Below are positions 8,250-18,380 of a DNA stretch of 64,000 bases, piece by piece. The DNA is from Candidatus Tenebribacter davisii. GTDB taxonomy: Bacteria > Cloacimonadota > Cloacimonadia > Cloacimonadales > TCS61. The notes under the pieces are model-generated. The model searched no databases, was not told the DNA's origin, and saw only the letters and a list, made by a program, of their open reading frames with translations. Within the stretch, counting starts at the first letter, position 1, and each line of letters begins with the position of its first letter. The stretch is from positions 38,563 through 102,562 of the forward strand of contig JAVCCH010000098.1 of NCBI GenBank assembly GCA_030765535.1. Reading direction: 5' to 3'. The position numbers were made by a program, and so were the translations under genes.

Positions 8250-9410
8250 ATGGCTAACATTTGGGAACATCCCTCAGTAATTGCAATGGAAGCTTTGACA
8301 CATTTGGAAGATGCATTGGTCATAGCACCATTATGCGCCAAAGACGTAACAAGTGATTTCACCACTAAATCAAACGGCTGGAAAGTCGGCGATGAAGTAT
8401 CTTTTAGAACTCATGGTGAATATGAAGTTGATGAGTTTACAACCGATATCAGCACACAGGATGTTGCATCCAGCACCAGAGCCTTGAAGATTGAGAAACA
8501 TTTTGATATTTCGATTGCCATTACAGCTTCCGAGCAAGCTATGGATCTTGATTCTTTTGTGGATCAGATCATCATCCCCGCCACATACAAACTTGCCGAA
8601 AAAGTAGATACGTTTATTGGTACGAAACTTCTCCAAGGTGCTGGAGCTTATTACAGTACTGGTCTTTTTGAAACTGCTGCTGATATTGCCCTGGCGAGAA
8701 AAAACGCAACTCTGCAACAGTTGGCAATGAATCGTTTCTGTCTGGTAGATCTTGACATTGAAGCAACTCTCCTGGGTCAGACATGGTTTAATCAGTCCCA
8801 GACCCGTGGTGCAGATGGTGAAACTACTCTCCGTAATGCTGACATGGGCCGGGTAATGGGGATGGATTTCTTCTCCAGTATTGCTTTTCCGACAGAAGCT
8901 GCCCTGTATGCAGTGGGTACAATGGGAGCTACAACCACTGATTCTGCTTCCGGAACCAAAAATCTTATTGGTGGGAAGGTTCTCACCATTGATGCCCCTG
9001 GTGCTGGAACTATTGTTGCAGGAGATAGAATTATTGTTGCCGGGGCCAGGCGGCCATTGATTGCTGCTGCTGATGTGGCGGATACTACATCCATCACCAC
9101 CATTGCTCTGCGTGATCCCATTGCTGAAGTTCTTGCTGATGCTGCATCCGTAACTGTTGCTGCTGTTGGTAAAAATGTTCAGCATCACGGCGTTATTATG
9201 GATGACAGATCTCTTGCAATTGCATTTCCTATTCTTGATCTTCCTGAAGATCGGGTAGCTGCAACTGTATCCAACAATGGCGTAAGTATTCGTATTGTTA
9301 AAGGTTATGATCTTGCCAAGAAGAAAACTACAATGTCTCTTGATCTCCTGTGTGGTGGTTTTGCTCTTGATCCCCGTCGAATCACAATGATCGGTGACAA
9401 GTCAGCATAA
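8250..9410 (+). CDS. Major capsid protein (386 aa)
   Basis: Very strong RBS (aaaaAGGAGAtttaaaaATG). Ala/Gly/Thr-rich composition typical of HK97-fold coat proteins. Position. Confidence 0.6.
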   Translation: MANIWEHPSVIAMEALTHLEDALVIAPLCAKDVTSDFTTKSNGWKVGDEVSFRTHGEYEVDEFTTDISTQDVASSTRALKIEKHFDISIAITASEQAMDLDSFVDQIIIPATYKLAEKVDTFIGTKLLQGAGAYYSTGLFETAADIALARKNATLQQLAMNRFCLVDLDIEATLLGQTWFNQSQTRGADGETTLRNADMGRVMGMDFFSSIAFPTEAALYAVGTMGATTTDSASGTKNLIGGKVLTIDAPGAGTIVAGDRIIVAGARRPLIAAADVADTTSITTIALRDPIAEVLADAASVTVAAVGKNVQHHGVIMDDRSLAIAFPILDLPEDRVAATVSNNGVSIRIVKGYDLAKKKTTMSLDLLCGGFALDPRRITMIGDKSA

Positions 9411-9435
9411 TTAATTTAAATTAAGCCTAAACAAT

Positions 9436-9455
9436 CCCTGAATTAATTTTCAGGG
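9436..9455 (+). promoter_or_regulatory. Hairpin ccctgaa-ttaatt-ttcaggg immediately downstream of the capsid gene
   Basis: 7-bp perfect stem with a 6-nt loop. Possible transcript stabiliser or partial terminator. Confidence 0.35.
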
Positions 9456-9469
9456 AGAAGGAGTACCAA

Positions 9470-9685
9470 ATGAAGCTTTTCAAAGGCGATAGAATCATGC
9501 AGAGCGTAGACAAACACCAATTGCAGGATTGTCTCGATGCCGGATGGAGCAGAACAAAGGAAACAAAGGTTCCTGTAGAAGTCCTTGAAAAAGTGGAAGT
9601 CCCTGAAAAAGTGGGAGTCCCTGAACCTGTAGCGAAAGTGAAAATTGCCACAAAGAAAAAACTTAAATCAATTAAGAAAAAATAG
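9470..9685 (+). CDS. Small Lys/Glu/Val/Pro-rich protein (71 aa), possibly head-associated
   Basis: Strong RBS (gggagaAGGAGtaccaaATG). Repetitive VPVEVLEKVEVPEKVGVPEP segment. Confidence 0.4.
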   Translation: MKLFKGDRIMQSVDKHQLQDCLDAGWSRTKETKVPVEVLEKVEVPEKVGVPEPVAKVKIATKKKLKSIKKK

Positions 9686-9694
9686 GAGGTTTAG

Positions 9695-10195
9695 ATGGCT
9701 TTAAATGCGATATTAGGTGATGCATTTGCCAACTCCTATGTTACTGCGGCTGAAGCGGAGGTATACTTTGAAGATCGTATGCATTCCTCGGCCTGGGACA
9801 CTGTTGATGACGGTGATCCTCTTTTGATCTCAGCATCACAAATGTTAGATTGGTATGTTAAGTGGAAAGGGGATAAAGCTACTGCTGCACAGGCAAGACA
9901 ATGGCCCAGGACAGATGTTACTCGCCCAGATGGTACTGAAATTGATGAGGACGCTTTACCCCCCGAAGTAAAAATTGCTGTATACGAATTAGCGTTTATG
10001 AATATAGGTGCTGATCGAACTGCTGAAGATCCTTTGGCTGGAATCGGACAGCTTAAAGCCGGTTCCCTTATGATTAAAGCTGGTGCTGAAAAACCAAATC
10101 AAACCAATCCGAAAGTTATTCCCTCTCACGTATATCAAATCATATCTGATTTGTATATTAAGAGTGGTGGTACAGTTTGGTTGGATAGGGCATAA
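9695..10195 (+). CDS. Head-tail connector / adaptor protein (HK97 gp6-like)
   Basis: RBS AGGAGG. The N-terminal pattern MALNAILGDAFANSYVTAAEAEVYF is typical of gp6-type connectors. Position after the capsid gene. Confidence 0.45.
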   Translation: MALNAILGDAFANSYVTAAEAEVYFEDRMHSSAWDTVDDGDPLLISASQMLDWYVKWKGDKATAAQARQWPRTDVTRPDGTEIDEDALPPEVKIAVYELAFMNIGADRTAEDPLAGIGQLKAGSLMIKAGAEKPNQTNPKVIPSHVYQIISDLYIKSGGTVWLDRA

Positions 10196-10196
10196 T

Positions 10197-10559
10197 ATGA
10201 CAAGTATCAGAAATACATTTTTAAAGGGTGTTGAGACTGTTTTCGATGTATTCAATGAAGCAGTTAAAACCGGCGTTTATACGGTGATTACAGACGATGG
10301 GTTTGATGATATCTCAACTACTACTGATACCGTTCGATGCATCTTTGAAACACTAAAAGAGAAGGATTTAAACAGTCTTTCTTTTTCCAAGTTAATCCAG
10401 CCTCAAGATGTTGTTGCTTTAATGCCTTCTGTTGATTTGGTTAATTGTGTAATGACCACCACAGGAACAATTTTGTTTGATGAAGACAAATATAGTGTAA
10501 TTGCTTTTGAAGTCGATCCAATGACTGTTATTTATACACTTCTTTTTAGGAAAGTATAA
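10197..10559 (+). CDS. Head-tail joining protein (120 aa)
   Basis: ATG overlaps the upstream stop (translational coupling). Position in the head-tail joining cluster. Confidence 0.35.
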   Translation: MTSIRNTFLKGVETVFDVFNEAVKTGVYTVITDDGFDDISTTTDTVRCIFETLKEKDLNSLSFSKLIQPQDVVALMPSVDLVNCVMTTTGTILFDEDKYSVIAFEVDPMTVIYTLLFRKV

Positions 10560-10560
10560 C

Positions 10561-11022
10561 ATGGCTAACACGTTTGCAGATTTATTTAAATTCTTGGATT
10601 CAGTTCCAGAAGATATCCGAGTTAAGATAAAACGGGTATTTTCTAAGACGAAGTCTGATCTTTTGTTGAGTGAGCTTCGTGCCCATTCACCTGTGTTTAC
10701 AGGAAGATACAGGGATGCTTGGCGTGTTGACAGAGCAAGATTTACTGATGGAAGTGTTATTGCTGGTTTACGGATATACAATGAAACCCCCTATGCTGAA
10801 GCAATGGAATATGGAGCAGGGATAGGGGGATCTCCTTGGCCTTGGTATCCGAGAGTTAGGACAGGAAAGCTTGTCGAATTTGAAGGAAAAGTTTGGGCCG
10901 GAGGTCTTGATCCTGGAGGGAAAAAATCCCTTGGTGGTGCCATTTATCGAGTTAGTGCAAAACACAGAGATTTCAGAGCTTTAACCAAAGAAATTGCTGA
11001 TGCCGTTGTAAAAGGGTGGTAA
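10561..11022 (+). CDS. HK97 gp10-like head-tail joining / tail completion protein
   Basis: Motif FTGRYRDAWRV resembles the TGRLRRS signature of the HK97 gp10 family. Position. Confidence 0.45.
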   Translation: MANTFADLFKFLDSVPEDIRVKIKRVFSKTKSDLLLSELRAHSPVFTGRYRDAWRVDRARFTDGSVIAGLRIYNETPYAEAMEYGAGIGGSPWPWYPRVRTGKLVEFEGKVWAGGLDPGGKKSLGGAIYRVSAKHRDFRALTKEIADAVVKGW

Positions 11023-11024
11023 TA

Positions 11025-11465
11025 ATGAGTGATAATAGAGAAGCTGGATTAGTAGAAATTTATGACCGTATAAAAGCAAATCGGGTTGTATTGGGTCTTA
11101 ATTCTTTTAAAAGAACACCAACTGTTCCAGTTAAGGAATCCGATTTAACTTGTGTTTTAATGATTGAAGGTGAAGATATGATCATTAAAAAATCCAGCAG
11201 AGGCACAACAGGCTATCCAGCAACAAGACTCTTAACTGTTACTATTGAAGTCATTGCAGAAAAAACAATTGATGTGAAGCAAATTACCCGAGATTTGAGG
11301 GGTGTAATCTTTACTGATAGGGTAACAGGGAATCCATCATCAATTGTTGCTGATAATGTTTTTATCCATGAAAACCGCATGGAAGGTCCAATGGGATTTG
11401 GGTTGCCTGGCATTATTGGGATGCGTTTAATTTTAGATTTAATTTATACTGACAATGGTTTATAA
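11025..11465 (+). CDS. Tail terminator-like protein (146 aa; possible GTG start at 11016)
   Basis: Position immediately upstream of the major tail protein. Overlaps the previous stop. Confidence 0.35.
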   Translation: MSDNREAGLVEIYDRIKANRVVLGLNSFKRTPTVPVKESDLTCVLMIEGEDMIIKKSSRGTTGYPATRLLTVTIEVIAEKTIDVKQITRDLRGVIFTDRVTGNPSSIVADNVFIHENRMEGPMGFGLPGIIGMRLILDLIYTDNGL

Positions 11466-11487
11466 ATAATAATTTTAGGAGGTCCAA

Positions 11488-12315
11488 ATGGCCAAAAGTC
11501 CAAACACCGACAATTATACACTTGGCAAAGGCGTGGTATATTTTAATCAGCTTGTTTCCGATGAGTACACAGGCGAACGAGATCTTGGGAATGCCCCCGC
11601 TTTTACATTCAACATTGCTCTTGAAAAACTTGAGCATTACAGTTCCAGAGGTGGTTTGAAAGCAAAGGATAAAGAAATTATTTCCCAGATTACTCCTGGT
11701 CTTTCTTTTACACTTGATGAAGTGAATAAGGAAAATTTTGCTTTGTTGACTTTGGGTACTATCACAGCAACCACTCAGGCTGGTGCTACAATAACTGATG
11801 AAGAAATTAAAGATGCACATCTTGGCATGAGAATGCTTACCAGTAAACGTGCAATTTCTGCTGTTATTATTGGTGATGATGCAACACCAACAATTACATA
11901 CGTAGCTGGTCCTGCATCTAATCCTCTGGCGAATTATGAAATTAGTACAACTCTGAAAGATGCTGTTATTGGGCGTATTTTGATCCATGAAGATCAATCG
12001 GGCTGTGTTGCAAAAATTACAGAAGGTCAAACTTTGTTTGTGGACTATACTTCCGGTGCGATTGCCTATGATAAGATTTCGGCGTTTGCAAATACTCAGG
12101 TTGAAGGTTTCTTACGTTTTGTTTCTGACAATCCTGCTGGACTCCAACAGGAATTACAGGTATGGCGAGTTTCCTTGACTCCGAGTGGTGATACTGCTTT
12201 GATCGGTGATGACTGGAGTACCCTCGGATTCACTGGTGAGATTCTGAAGGACGAGACAAATCATGCGTCTTCTCCTTATGCTGATATTATCATGAATCAA
12301 GTATCCACTGCATAA
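11488..12315 (+). CDS. Major tail (tube) protein (275 aa)
   Basis: Strong RBS (AGGAGGtccaaATG). Position before the chaperone/tape-measure genes. Size and composition typical of siphovirus tail tube proteins. Confidence 0.55.
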   Translation: MAKSPNTDNYTLGKGVVYFNQLVSDEYTGERDLGNAPAFTFNIALEKLEHYSSRGGLKAKDKEIISQITPGLSFTLDEVNKENFALLTLGTITATTQAGATITDEEIKDAHLGMRMLTSKRAISAVIIGDDATPTITYVAGPASNPLANYEISTTLKDAVIGRILIHEDQSGCVAKITEGQTLFVDYTSGAIAYDKISAFANTQVEGFLRFVSDNPAGLQQELQVWRVSLTPSGDTALIGDDWSTLGFTGEILKDETNHASSPYADIIMNQVSTA

Positions 12316-12337
12316 AGTAGTTTTATAATTTAAAAAC

Positions 12338-12384
12338 TGTGTCCGAGAACCATTGAAACAAGAAGAAAGTTCCCGGACACATAA
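12338..12384 (+). promoter_or_regulatory. Imperfect 13-bp stem-loop between the tail tube and chaperone genes
   Basis: tgtgtccgagaac ... gttcccggacaca (one mismatch), with a 20-nt loop. Common location for attenuators that set the tube-to-chaperone ratio. Confidence 0.35.
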
Positions 12385-12411
12385 ACCAACATTAAAAAGA
12401 AGGAAAGACTT

Positions 12412-12837
12412 ATGACTACCTCAACAAGACAGTCCTTGTCAATTGATCTGGATACCCTATTTCCAGGAGAATCATTAAAAATAGGAAATTCCCATGTAAT
12501 TATTCGTCCACTGAGCTTACAACAAATCGCAACTGTTTCCCTGAAGGTAAAAGACTTTTTGCAGGAAATGGGAAGGAAAGATATCACTTTTTCAAATTAT
12601 GAAAGTGGTGCCAATATGGTAGAAGTAGTTGTTACTCTGTTACAAGAATTTCCTGATGTATTGGAGGAAGTCACCAATATTGCTGTTGCCGATCTTGAAC
12701 AATTACCACTTGATGTGGTAGTTGAATTGGTCGGGCTTGTTATTGAAGTGAATATGAAATCCAAGGATACATTGGAAAAAAACTTCAAGAGCTTGGCCGA
12801 GAAATTCACGGATCAAGCTCCACTAATCAAAAAGTAG
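12412..12837 (+). CDS. Tail assembly chaperone (lambda gpG analogue, 141 aa)
   Basis: Position immediately upstream of the tape measure. Contains the slippery heptamer A AAA AAC at 12777-12783. Confidence 0.6.
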   Translation: MTTSTRQSLSIDLDTLFPGESLKIGNSHVIIRPLSLQQIATVSLKVKDFLQEMGRKDITFSNYESGANMVEVVVTLLQEFPDVLEEVTNIAVADLEQLPLDVVVELVGLVIEVNMKSKDTLEKNFKSLAEKFTDQAPLIKK

Positions 12838-13154
12838 AAGATGTAGAGGAGGATAGCAAAGGGATATCTTTTGCTATCCAGACATTAGTAACAAACGGTC
12901 ATTCTTGGACCGATATAAAAAACTACACTTTGGCTGAGATAGGAACTTTTTTTAAAACAGTAGTATTGGTTGAGAGAAAAGAACAAGCTTCAACTTTTTC
13001 TAATATGTGGCTGGGGAACAACTTACCTTTTGATGAGTATAAAAAGAGATTGGCAGATTACGGAGTTAAAGAACCCAAACCAAAAGAACCCACAGCGAAA
13101 GAGGTTAAAAATGATTGGAATAGGTTAGCTTCATTTTTAGCAACAGGGAGTTAA
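12412..13154 (+). CDS. Tail assembly chaperone -1 frameshift fusion product (gpGT analogue, about 247 aa)
   Basis: The -1 frame is open from 12747 to 13154 and its stop overlaps the tape-measure ATG. The slippery site A_AAA_AAC (12777-12783) lies in the zero frame. The ORF-track entry 12930..13154 is the 3' part of this frame. Confidence 0.55.
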
Positions 13155-13155
13155 T

Positions 13156-16100
13156 ATGGCAGACAATGTTAAAAAACAGGTAGAAATAGTTTTTAAAGTT
13201 ATCGGGGTTGATTTAGATAATGTAGACAAACTATCTATAATGTTTAAAAATCTTCAGACTGTTGTGGATGAGACTACTGCTAAAGTTAATACGTTCAATG
13301 AATCACTGAAAAACATTAAAGCTCCTCCAGAGTTAAGTGCAGTAATCACTCCTCTAAAAGAACTGTCCAAGATAAAATTGCCATCAGTAGATAAGGTTGT
13401 CGAGGGGTTGCAAAAGTTGGTTGCTATGGGGACTCCTCCTGATTTGAAGCCATTTGTAACAGAACTTTCAAAATTCAATGAAATTAAGCTTCCAAAGTTA
13501 ACTTCTATGGTCACAGCTATTAAGAATCTTGTATCTATTTCTTTTCAAGGATTCAGTGGAAGAATTAACATTGTCAGAAGAAATTTAAGAAAATTAGCTG
13601 CAATTAATGTCGATAGTCTTGCTTCTGTTCTTAAAAATTTAAATAAAATAAATTTAAGTAAAGTGACAGCCGGTTTAAAGAGGGCTGAAAAAAGTATACG
13701 TGATGTAGGAAACACAGCACAAACAGCAGGACTAAAATTAAGATCGTTTGCTGATAAGGCAAGAACGGTTTTGACTTTCCGTGTAATCTCCAATGCAATT
13801 GTGGCTTTTAACCAAGCGATGTTTGCTGGCAGAGATGCTATCATTGAATATGATCAGGCTTTGAAAGATCTCCAAGCTATTACTGGAGCAACAGCATTTG
13901 AAGTAGCCCAAATGGGTGCTGAGATTTTGAAAGTCGCTGCCACTACTAAATTTTCTGCTTCTGAAGTAGCAGCAGGGATGAGAACAATTGGACAGGCTGG
14001 TTTTTCTGCAAGCGAAGCTGTTGAAACCATGCAAGCTGTCTCTGATTTAGCGACTGGTACTTTATCATCTATGGGTACTACGGTGGATCTTGTTACCACT
14101 GCAATGAGAATATATCAAATAAGTGCTGCTGATTCAGCTATAGTATCTGATGTGTTTGCAAATGCTGTCAACAGATCAAAACTGACCATAGATAAATTAC
14201 GTACAGCAATGAATTATGTTGGTCCAATAGCGAAAGAATCCGGTGTTTCTTTTAAAGAGTTATCAGCTTCTATGATGGTTCTTGCTAATTCTGGTTTACG
14301 GGCATCTACAACTGGTACTGGACTCAGAAGGGTTTTTGCTGAACTTGTAGATCCATCCAAGAAATTAATGGAAGCTGCTCGTAATGCTGGTATAGCTTTG
14401 AATGAACTTGATCCAACTTCTAATTCATTGTCCAGTGTTATTTCTAATCTTGGACTAATAGTAAAGGATACTGGTGTAGCATTTGACATATTTGGAAAAC
14501 GTGGTGCTGCTGCTGTCATAACCCTATCAAATACAGGCAGTGGTTTTGACCAGATGCTTGAGACTGTGAACAGAACTGGCACAGCCGCAAGAATGGCAGC
14601 AGTTCAGATGGAAGGTCTTGGTGTAGCAGCAAAGAATTTAAGAGATAGAATGGGTGTCTTGGCAATAGCTGTTGGTGAGATGGGTGTCACCGATGCAATG
14701 AGAGTCCTTATATCTGTTACCAAAGTCGTTATAGAGAGTTTAACATATTTAGCAAATAACACATTTGTTAAATTTACATCAAAAATAATTTTAGCTACTG
14801 CGGCTGTATTTGGATTAGTTGCAGCTTTCACTGCTCTTAAATCCCTTTTACTTTTGAAATTCATACCTATTGCCATATTCCAAATGACAGGATTGGCAAT
14901 TTCGGTAGTTACTGTAAAAACAGCTATGCTTAGTTTATTAGCAACTATCGCACCTATAGCTGCTGCCCTTGCTGTCATTGGAGGGGTTGCTTATTTTGCA
15001 TTTTCACAATTTAAAAATTCTGCGGAGGAAGCTTCAGAAGCTACGGCAGTATTGGCAATAGAGTTAAATGGTTTAACTAAAAAAGTAAAAAGTTATAGAT
15101 TAGCTACTGTAAATATGGTTAAAGGCTCCAATGAATTGAAGGAATCATCATTGACATTGCGTAGGGAGCTTTTGGAAGTCTCAAGAGGAACAACGGAAGT
15201 TGCTGATGAAGCCTTGGCAGCAGCAGAAGCAATTGATCCTTTAACTGGTGAGATTACTGATGCCTCGGAAGCTCTTGATATATACGCTGAGTCCTTAAAG
15301 AAAGTTCAAAATGCACAATTTGTAAAATCATTAGAAGAAGCTGGTGAAGCTGTACAATTTGTAACTGGCAAAACTAATACATTTAAAACTGGTTTTGTAA
15401 ATATTTTTTCTTCCATCAAAAAAGCTGGTAAGGCCGCTTTTAAAGCATTGAATGCTAAACTTATATCTGATCCTGCTAACACTGCCGCAATGGTCTGGAA
15501 TAGGACTATGACTGGAATTATTACTGATGCTGAAAAAGCCAAAGCAGCATTAAATTTTTCAGCAGCATTTAATGAAGGTAAAAAATCATTCCAAGAGTTA
15601 GCTGATGAGGTTGGTTCATATGATCCTGGTGCTATGGTAGCACAGCAAGTTTCTTTAAAGGAATCATTTATTTTCCTAAAAGCAAGAGCGTCTGAGTACG
15701 TTGATCAATTGAGAGTAGCTGGAACTATTAGTTTAGATGGAAGTGTAGAGGGTTTTGAAAATATAGCTACAAAAGCTGGATTAACTGGAACTGCTCTTGA
15801 AGCCGCAACTGCTGAATTTATAAGACTTAGCACTGCTGCCGAAAGTACATTTGATAATATCATTGAAAAGCAGATCCGGGCTAATGATCCTGAATTTATT
15901 ACCAAATATGTTGATGAGTTTGTAAAAGCTCATGGCAAAATATCTGATGCTCAGATAGATGAGTTAAAAGCTGCTGAAGAATTGAGGCAGCAACGGATAG
16001 AAGATTTCAAACAGTTAAAAATTAATTACGATAAGGCCAAAGCTGAAAATCAGGATATGACTGAATTTAGCAAAGGTCAATATGTGAAAGAAAAAGAACT

Positions 16101-18024
16101 ACTTCTATTAGCTGGTGAAGATAGAAAGACTCTTTCTGAATTAGAAATAGCCCAAATGGTACTATCTTTTGGGAAAGAGATGGAAATACGAAATGCAAGA
16201 CTTGCTCAATTGTCAGTGATATATGAAAAAGGGTATACTTTAGATAGGCAAAGAGCTAAATATTTATTTGAATCAGATCAAAGAATACAGGCTATTCTTG
16301 ATGGTGAACCAATTGGGAGTGAAAGAAAAAATCAAAATCAATTATATAAAAATGAATTAAAAGAAAGAGAAGCAGCACACGCATTATCACTGGCAAATAT
16401 CAAAAAACAACAAGCTGCTCATGATATTACAGACCAAGCAGCTCTTGAAAAGAAACAGAAGGAAAATATTGCCTTTTATGCAAAATCAGTTGAAATGGCA
16501 AAAAGACATCTTGCTTCTGGTGATAGTGAAGCTGTTGATCCTAAAGAATATAGAAAAAGATACAACTTGGTTCTTGAAGCACAGAAGAAACTTAATGTCC
16601 AAGAGGGTAGATCAGCAATAGAACTTGCGGATATGAAAGATGATTTAAAAGAGGCTGAATTTGATAAGGCAGAGACAATTAGTAGTGCCATTTACGAAGC
16701 TGCTCAGAAGAAACAAGAGGAAGCTCGTAAGACACTGAATTTGACGCTTAAAGCTGCTTATGATGCTGACACATCAACACGAACTGCATACTTCGCAAAA
16801 CAAAGGGATTTAGCTGAAAAAGCGACAAGAAAAGAATCTGATGATATTGCAAAGAGATCAAAAGCAAGAGAAGCTGAATTTAATGACCAGATAGATGCTG
16901 AAAATGATGCTGCAAAGAAGCTTGACTTACAAGCAGAATTAAAAGTATATCTTATAGAAGTGGAAGCTGAATTAAATACTGTTAGGGAGGAAGGACGCCA
17001 AACAATAATTAAATATACATCTGCGGAGGAGAAAGCTAACACAGCAGCAGATAAATCAATTACAAGAGTTTTGGACAAAATAAAGAAAAGTAGAGACAAT
17101 GCTCTAAAAGCTGTCCCTGGCACATCTGTTGAAGACCAAATGAAACTTGACTTAGATGCTATGAAGAGAGGTCATGCAGCACAACTTGCAGAATTGAAGG
17201 ATAAGGGGTTAAAAGGGCTTGCGTTACAAAAAGCAATAGCTGATCAGAGTGAGGAAGTTCACCTTACTGAAGTGACCAATAAGAAAAAGTTAGATGATTT
17301 GCTTCTTGAGCAAAAAGTAGAATTTGCAGGATCGATGACTTCAATTATGGAGGGATTACTTTCCACTTCTTTGGGACAAAATGAGAAGTTTTTTAAAGCC
17401 TATAAAGCCTTTGCAATAGCGGAAGCAACTATCAGTACCTATGCATCGGCACAAGCAGCGTATGAGAAAGGAATGCTTATTAAAGGGCCAATGGGATATG
17501 CACTTGCTATAGCCGGGGCAGCAGCAGCAATAGCGCAAGGGTTAGGGAAAATAGCAATTATATCTGGAACTGCCCCAAGTTTTGCTGATGGTGGTGAGAT
17601 TCCTGGTTCTTCCCCTCATTCAAAATCTGATAATATTCCAATCAATGCCACTGCTGGTGAATATATGCAACCAGTTTCGGCAGTTAAGAAATACGGAAAA
17701 AGAGCCATGAATGCAATTAGAACTTTGCAAATTCCAGCAGATGAATTAAACAATTTGATCCGGGGTACTGCAAGAGGTTTAATGACTCCGTTCCCATCAT
17801 ACGCTCTTGCTTCAGGTGGATCAGTACCTTCTATGAGTAATACTGGATCTACAGGAGAGACCATTGTAAATTTACATACTCCCCAAGGAGTACCAATGGA
17901 AATTACATCTCAGAGTTCTCGTCTAAATAAGGATGAAAAGAAAGTTATTGATATAGTTTTAAAGTACACAAGCAATAATACGAATAATTTTAAAAATAAT
18001 ATGAAAGGTATGTTGGGAGCCTAA
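13156..18024 (+). CDS. Tail tape measure protein (1622 aa)
   Basis: Huge, Ala/Lys/Glu-rich helical protein with central hydrophobic segments. Follows the frameshifted chaperone pair. Its length predicts a very long tail. Confidence 0.8.
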   Translation: MADNVKKQVEIVFKVIGVDLDNVDKLSIMFKNLQTVVDETTAKVNTFNESLKNIKAPPELSAVITPLKELSKIKLPSVDKVVEGLQKLVAMGTPPDLKPFVTELSKFNEIKLPKLTSMVTAIKNLVSISFQGFSGRINIVRRNLRKLAAINVDSLASVLKNLNKINLSKVTAGLKRAEKSIRDVGNTAQTAGLKLRSFADKARTVLTFRVISNAIVAFNQAMFAGRDAIIEYDQALKDLQAITGATAFEVAQMGAEILKVAATTKFSASEVAAGMRTIGQAGFSASEAVETMQAVSDLATGTLSSMGTTVDLVTTAMRIYQISAADSAIVSDVFANAVNRSKLTIDKLRTAMNYVGPIAKESGVSFKELSASMMVLANSGLRASTTGTGLRRVFAELVDPSKKLMEAARNAGIALNELDPTSNSLSSVISNLGLIVKDTGVAFDIFGKRGAAAVITLSNTGSGFDQMLETVNRTGTAARMAAVQMEGLGVAAKNLRDRMGVLAIAVGEMGVTDAMRVLISVTKVVIESLTYLANNTFVKFTSKIILATAAVFGLVAAFTALKSLLLLKFIPIAIFQMTGLAISVVTVKTAMLSLLATIAPIAAALAVIGGVAYFAFSQFKNSAEEASEATAVLAIELNGLTKKVKSYRLATVNMVKGSNELKESSLTLRRELLEVSRGTTEVADEALAAAEAIDPLTGEITDASEALDIYAESLKKVQNAQFVKSLEEAGEAVQFVTGKTNTFKTGFVNIFSSIKKAGKAAFKALNAKLISDPANTAAMVWNRTMTGIITDAEKAKAALNFSAAFNEGKKSFQELADEVGSYDPGAMVAQQVSLKESFIFLKARASEYVDQLRVAGTISLDGSVEGFENIATKAGLTGTALEAATAEFIRLSTAAESTFDNIIEKQIRANDPEFITKYVDEFVKAHGKISDAQIDELKAAEELRQQRIEDFKQLKINYDKAKAENQDMTEFSKGQYVKEKELLLLAGEDRKTLSELEIAQMVLSFGKEMEIRNARLAQLSVIYEKGYTLDRQRAKYLFESDQRIQAILDGEPIGSERKNQNQLYKNELKEREAAHALSLANIKKQQAAHDITDQAALEKKQKENIAFYAKSVEMAKRHLASGDSEAVDPKEYRKRYNLVLEAQKKLNVQEGRSAIELADMKDDLKEAEFDKAETISSAIYEAAQKKQEEARKTLNLTLKAAYDADTSTRTAYFAKQRDLAEKATRKESDDIAKRSKAREAEFNDQIDAENDAAKKLDLQAELKVYLIEVEAELNTVREEGRQTIIKYTSAEEKANTAADKSITRVLDKIKKSRDNALKAVPGTSVEDQMKLDLDAMKRGHAAQLAELKDKGLKGLALQKAIADQSEEVHLTEVTNKKKLDDLLLEQKVEFAGSMTSIMEGLLSTSLGQNEKFFKAYKAFAIAEATISTYASAQAAYEKGMLIKGPMGYALAIAGAAAAIAQGLGKIAIISGTAPSFADGGEIPGSSPHSKSDNIPINATAGEYMQPVSAVKKYGKRAMNAIRTLQIPADELNNLIRGTARGLMTPFPSYALASGGSVPSMSNTGSTGETIVNLHTPQGVPMEITSQSSRLNKDEKKVIDIVLKYTSNNTNNFKNNMKGMLGA

Positions 18025-18027
18025 TTT

Positions 18028-18378
18028 ATGAACACTTTTCCAGTATTAGACACAGATCCAGCAAGTATAGAAGAAATCATATTTTCTACTGTAAAAAAAG
18101 CTGTCAGTGAAAACAGATATCCAATGATACGAAGATCAGGTACTCGGTTAATGCGGGAATGGGTAATTACTTATGACAGAGAAACTTTTTTAACTACGGC
18201 TGAAAAGTCTTCAATTAAGACATTTATTGATGCTAATATGGGATTATTTTTTAATTGGACTAATATAGATACTTCTGAATCTGTTGTAGTATTTCTTAAT
18301 TCTGACTCCATTACTTTTGTTCCATTATTCACAGGATCAACTTACTATACAACTCAATTTACTTTGACCGGGGTGTAA
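18028..18378 (+). CDS. Minor tail protein (lambda gpM-like, 116 aa)
   Basis: Size and position directly after the tape measure in a lambda-type M-L-K-I-J order. Confidence 0.4.
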   Translation: MNTFPVLDTDPASIEEIIFSTVKKAVSENRYPMIRRSGTRLMREWVITYDRETFLTTAEKSSIKTFIDANMGLFFNWTNIDTSESVVVFLNSDSITFVPLFTGSTYYTTQFTLTGV

Positions 18379-18380
18379 TC

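Noticed and set aside
8370-9188. 272-aa antisense ORF inside the major capsid gene
   Set aside because: The capsid gene on the + strand has a strong RBS and coherent protein character. The antisense frame is Ser/Cys/Asn-rich low-complexity.
11413-12030. 205-aa antisense ORF across the tail tube gene
   Set aside because: It overlaps two well-supported + strand genes, and its Cys/Asn/Phe-rich composition is typical of a shadow ORF.
13254-17864. Numerous 60-120-aa antisense ORFs inside the tape-measure gene
   Set aside because: These are shadow ORFs within a single long, well-supported + strand gene.
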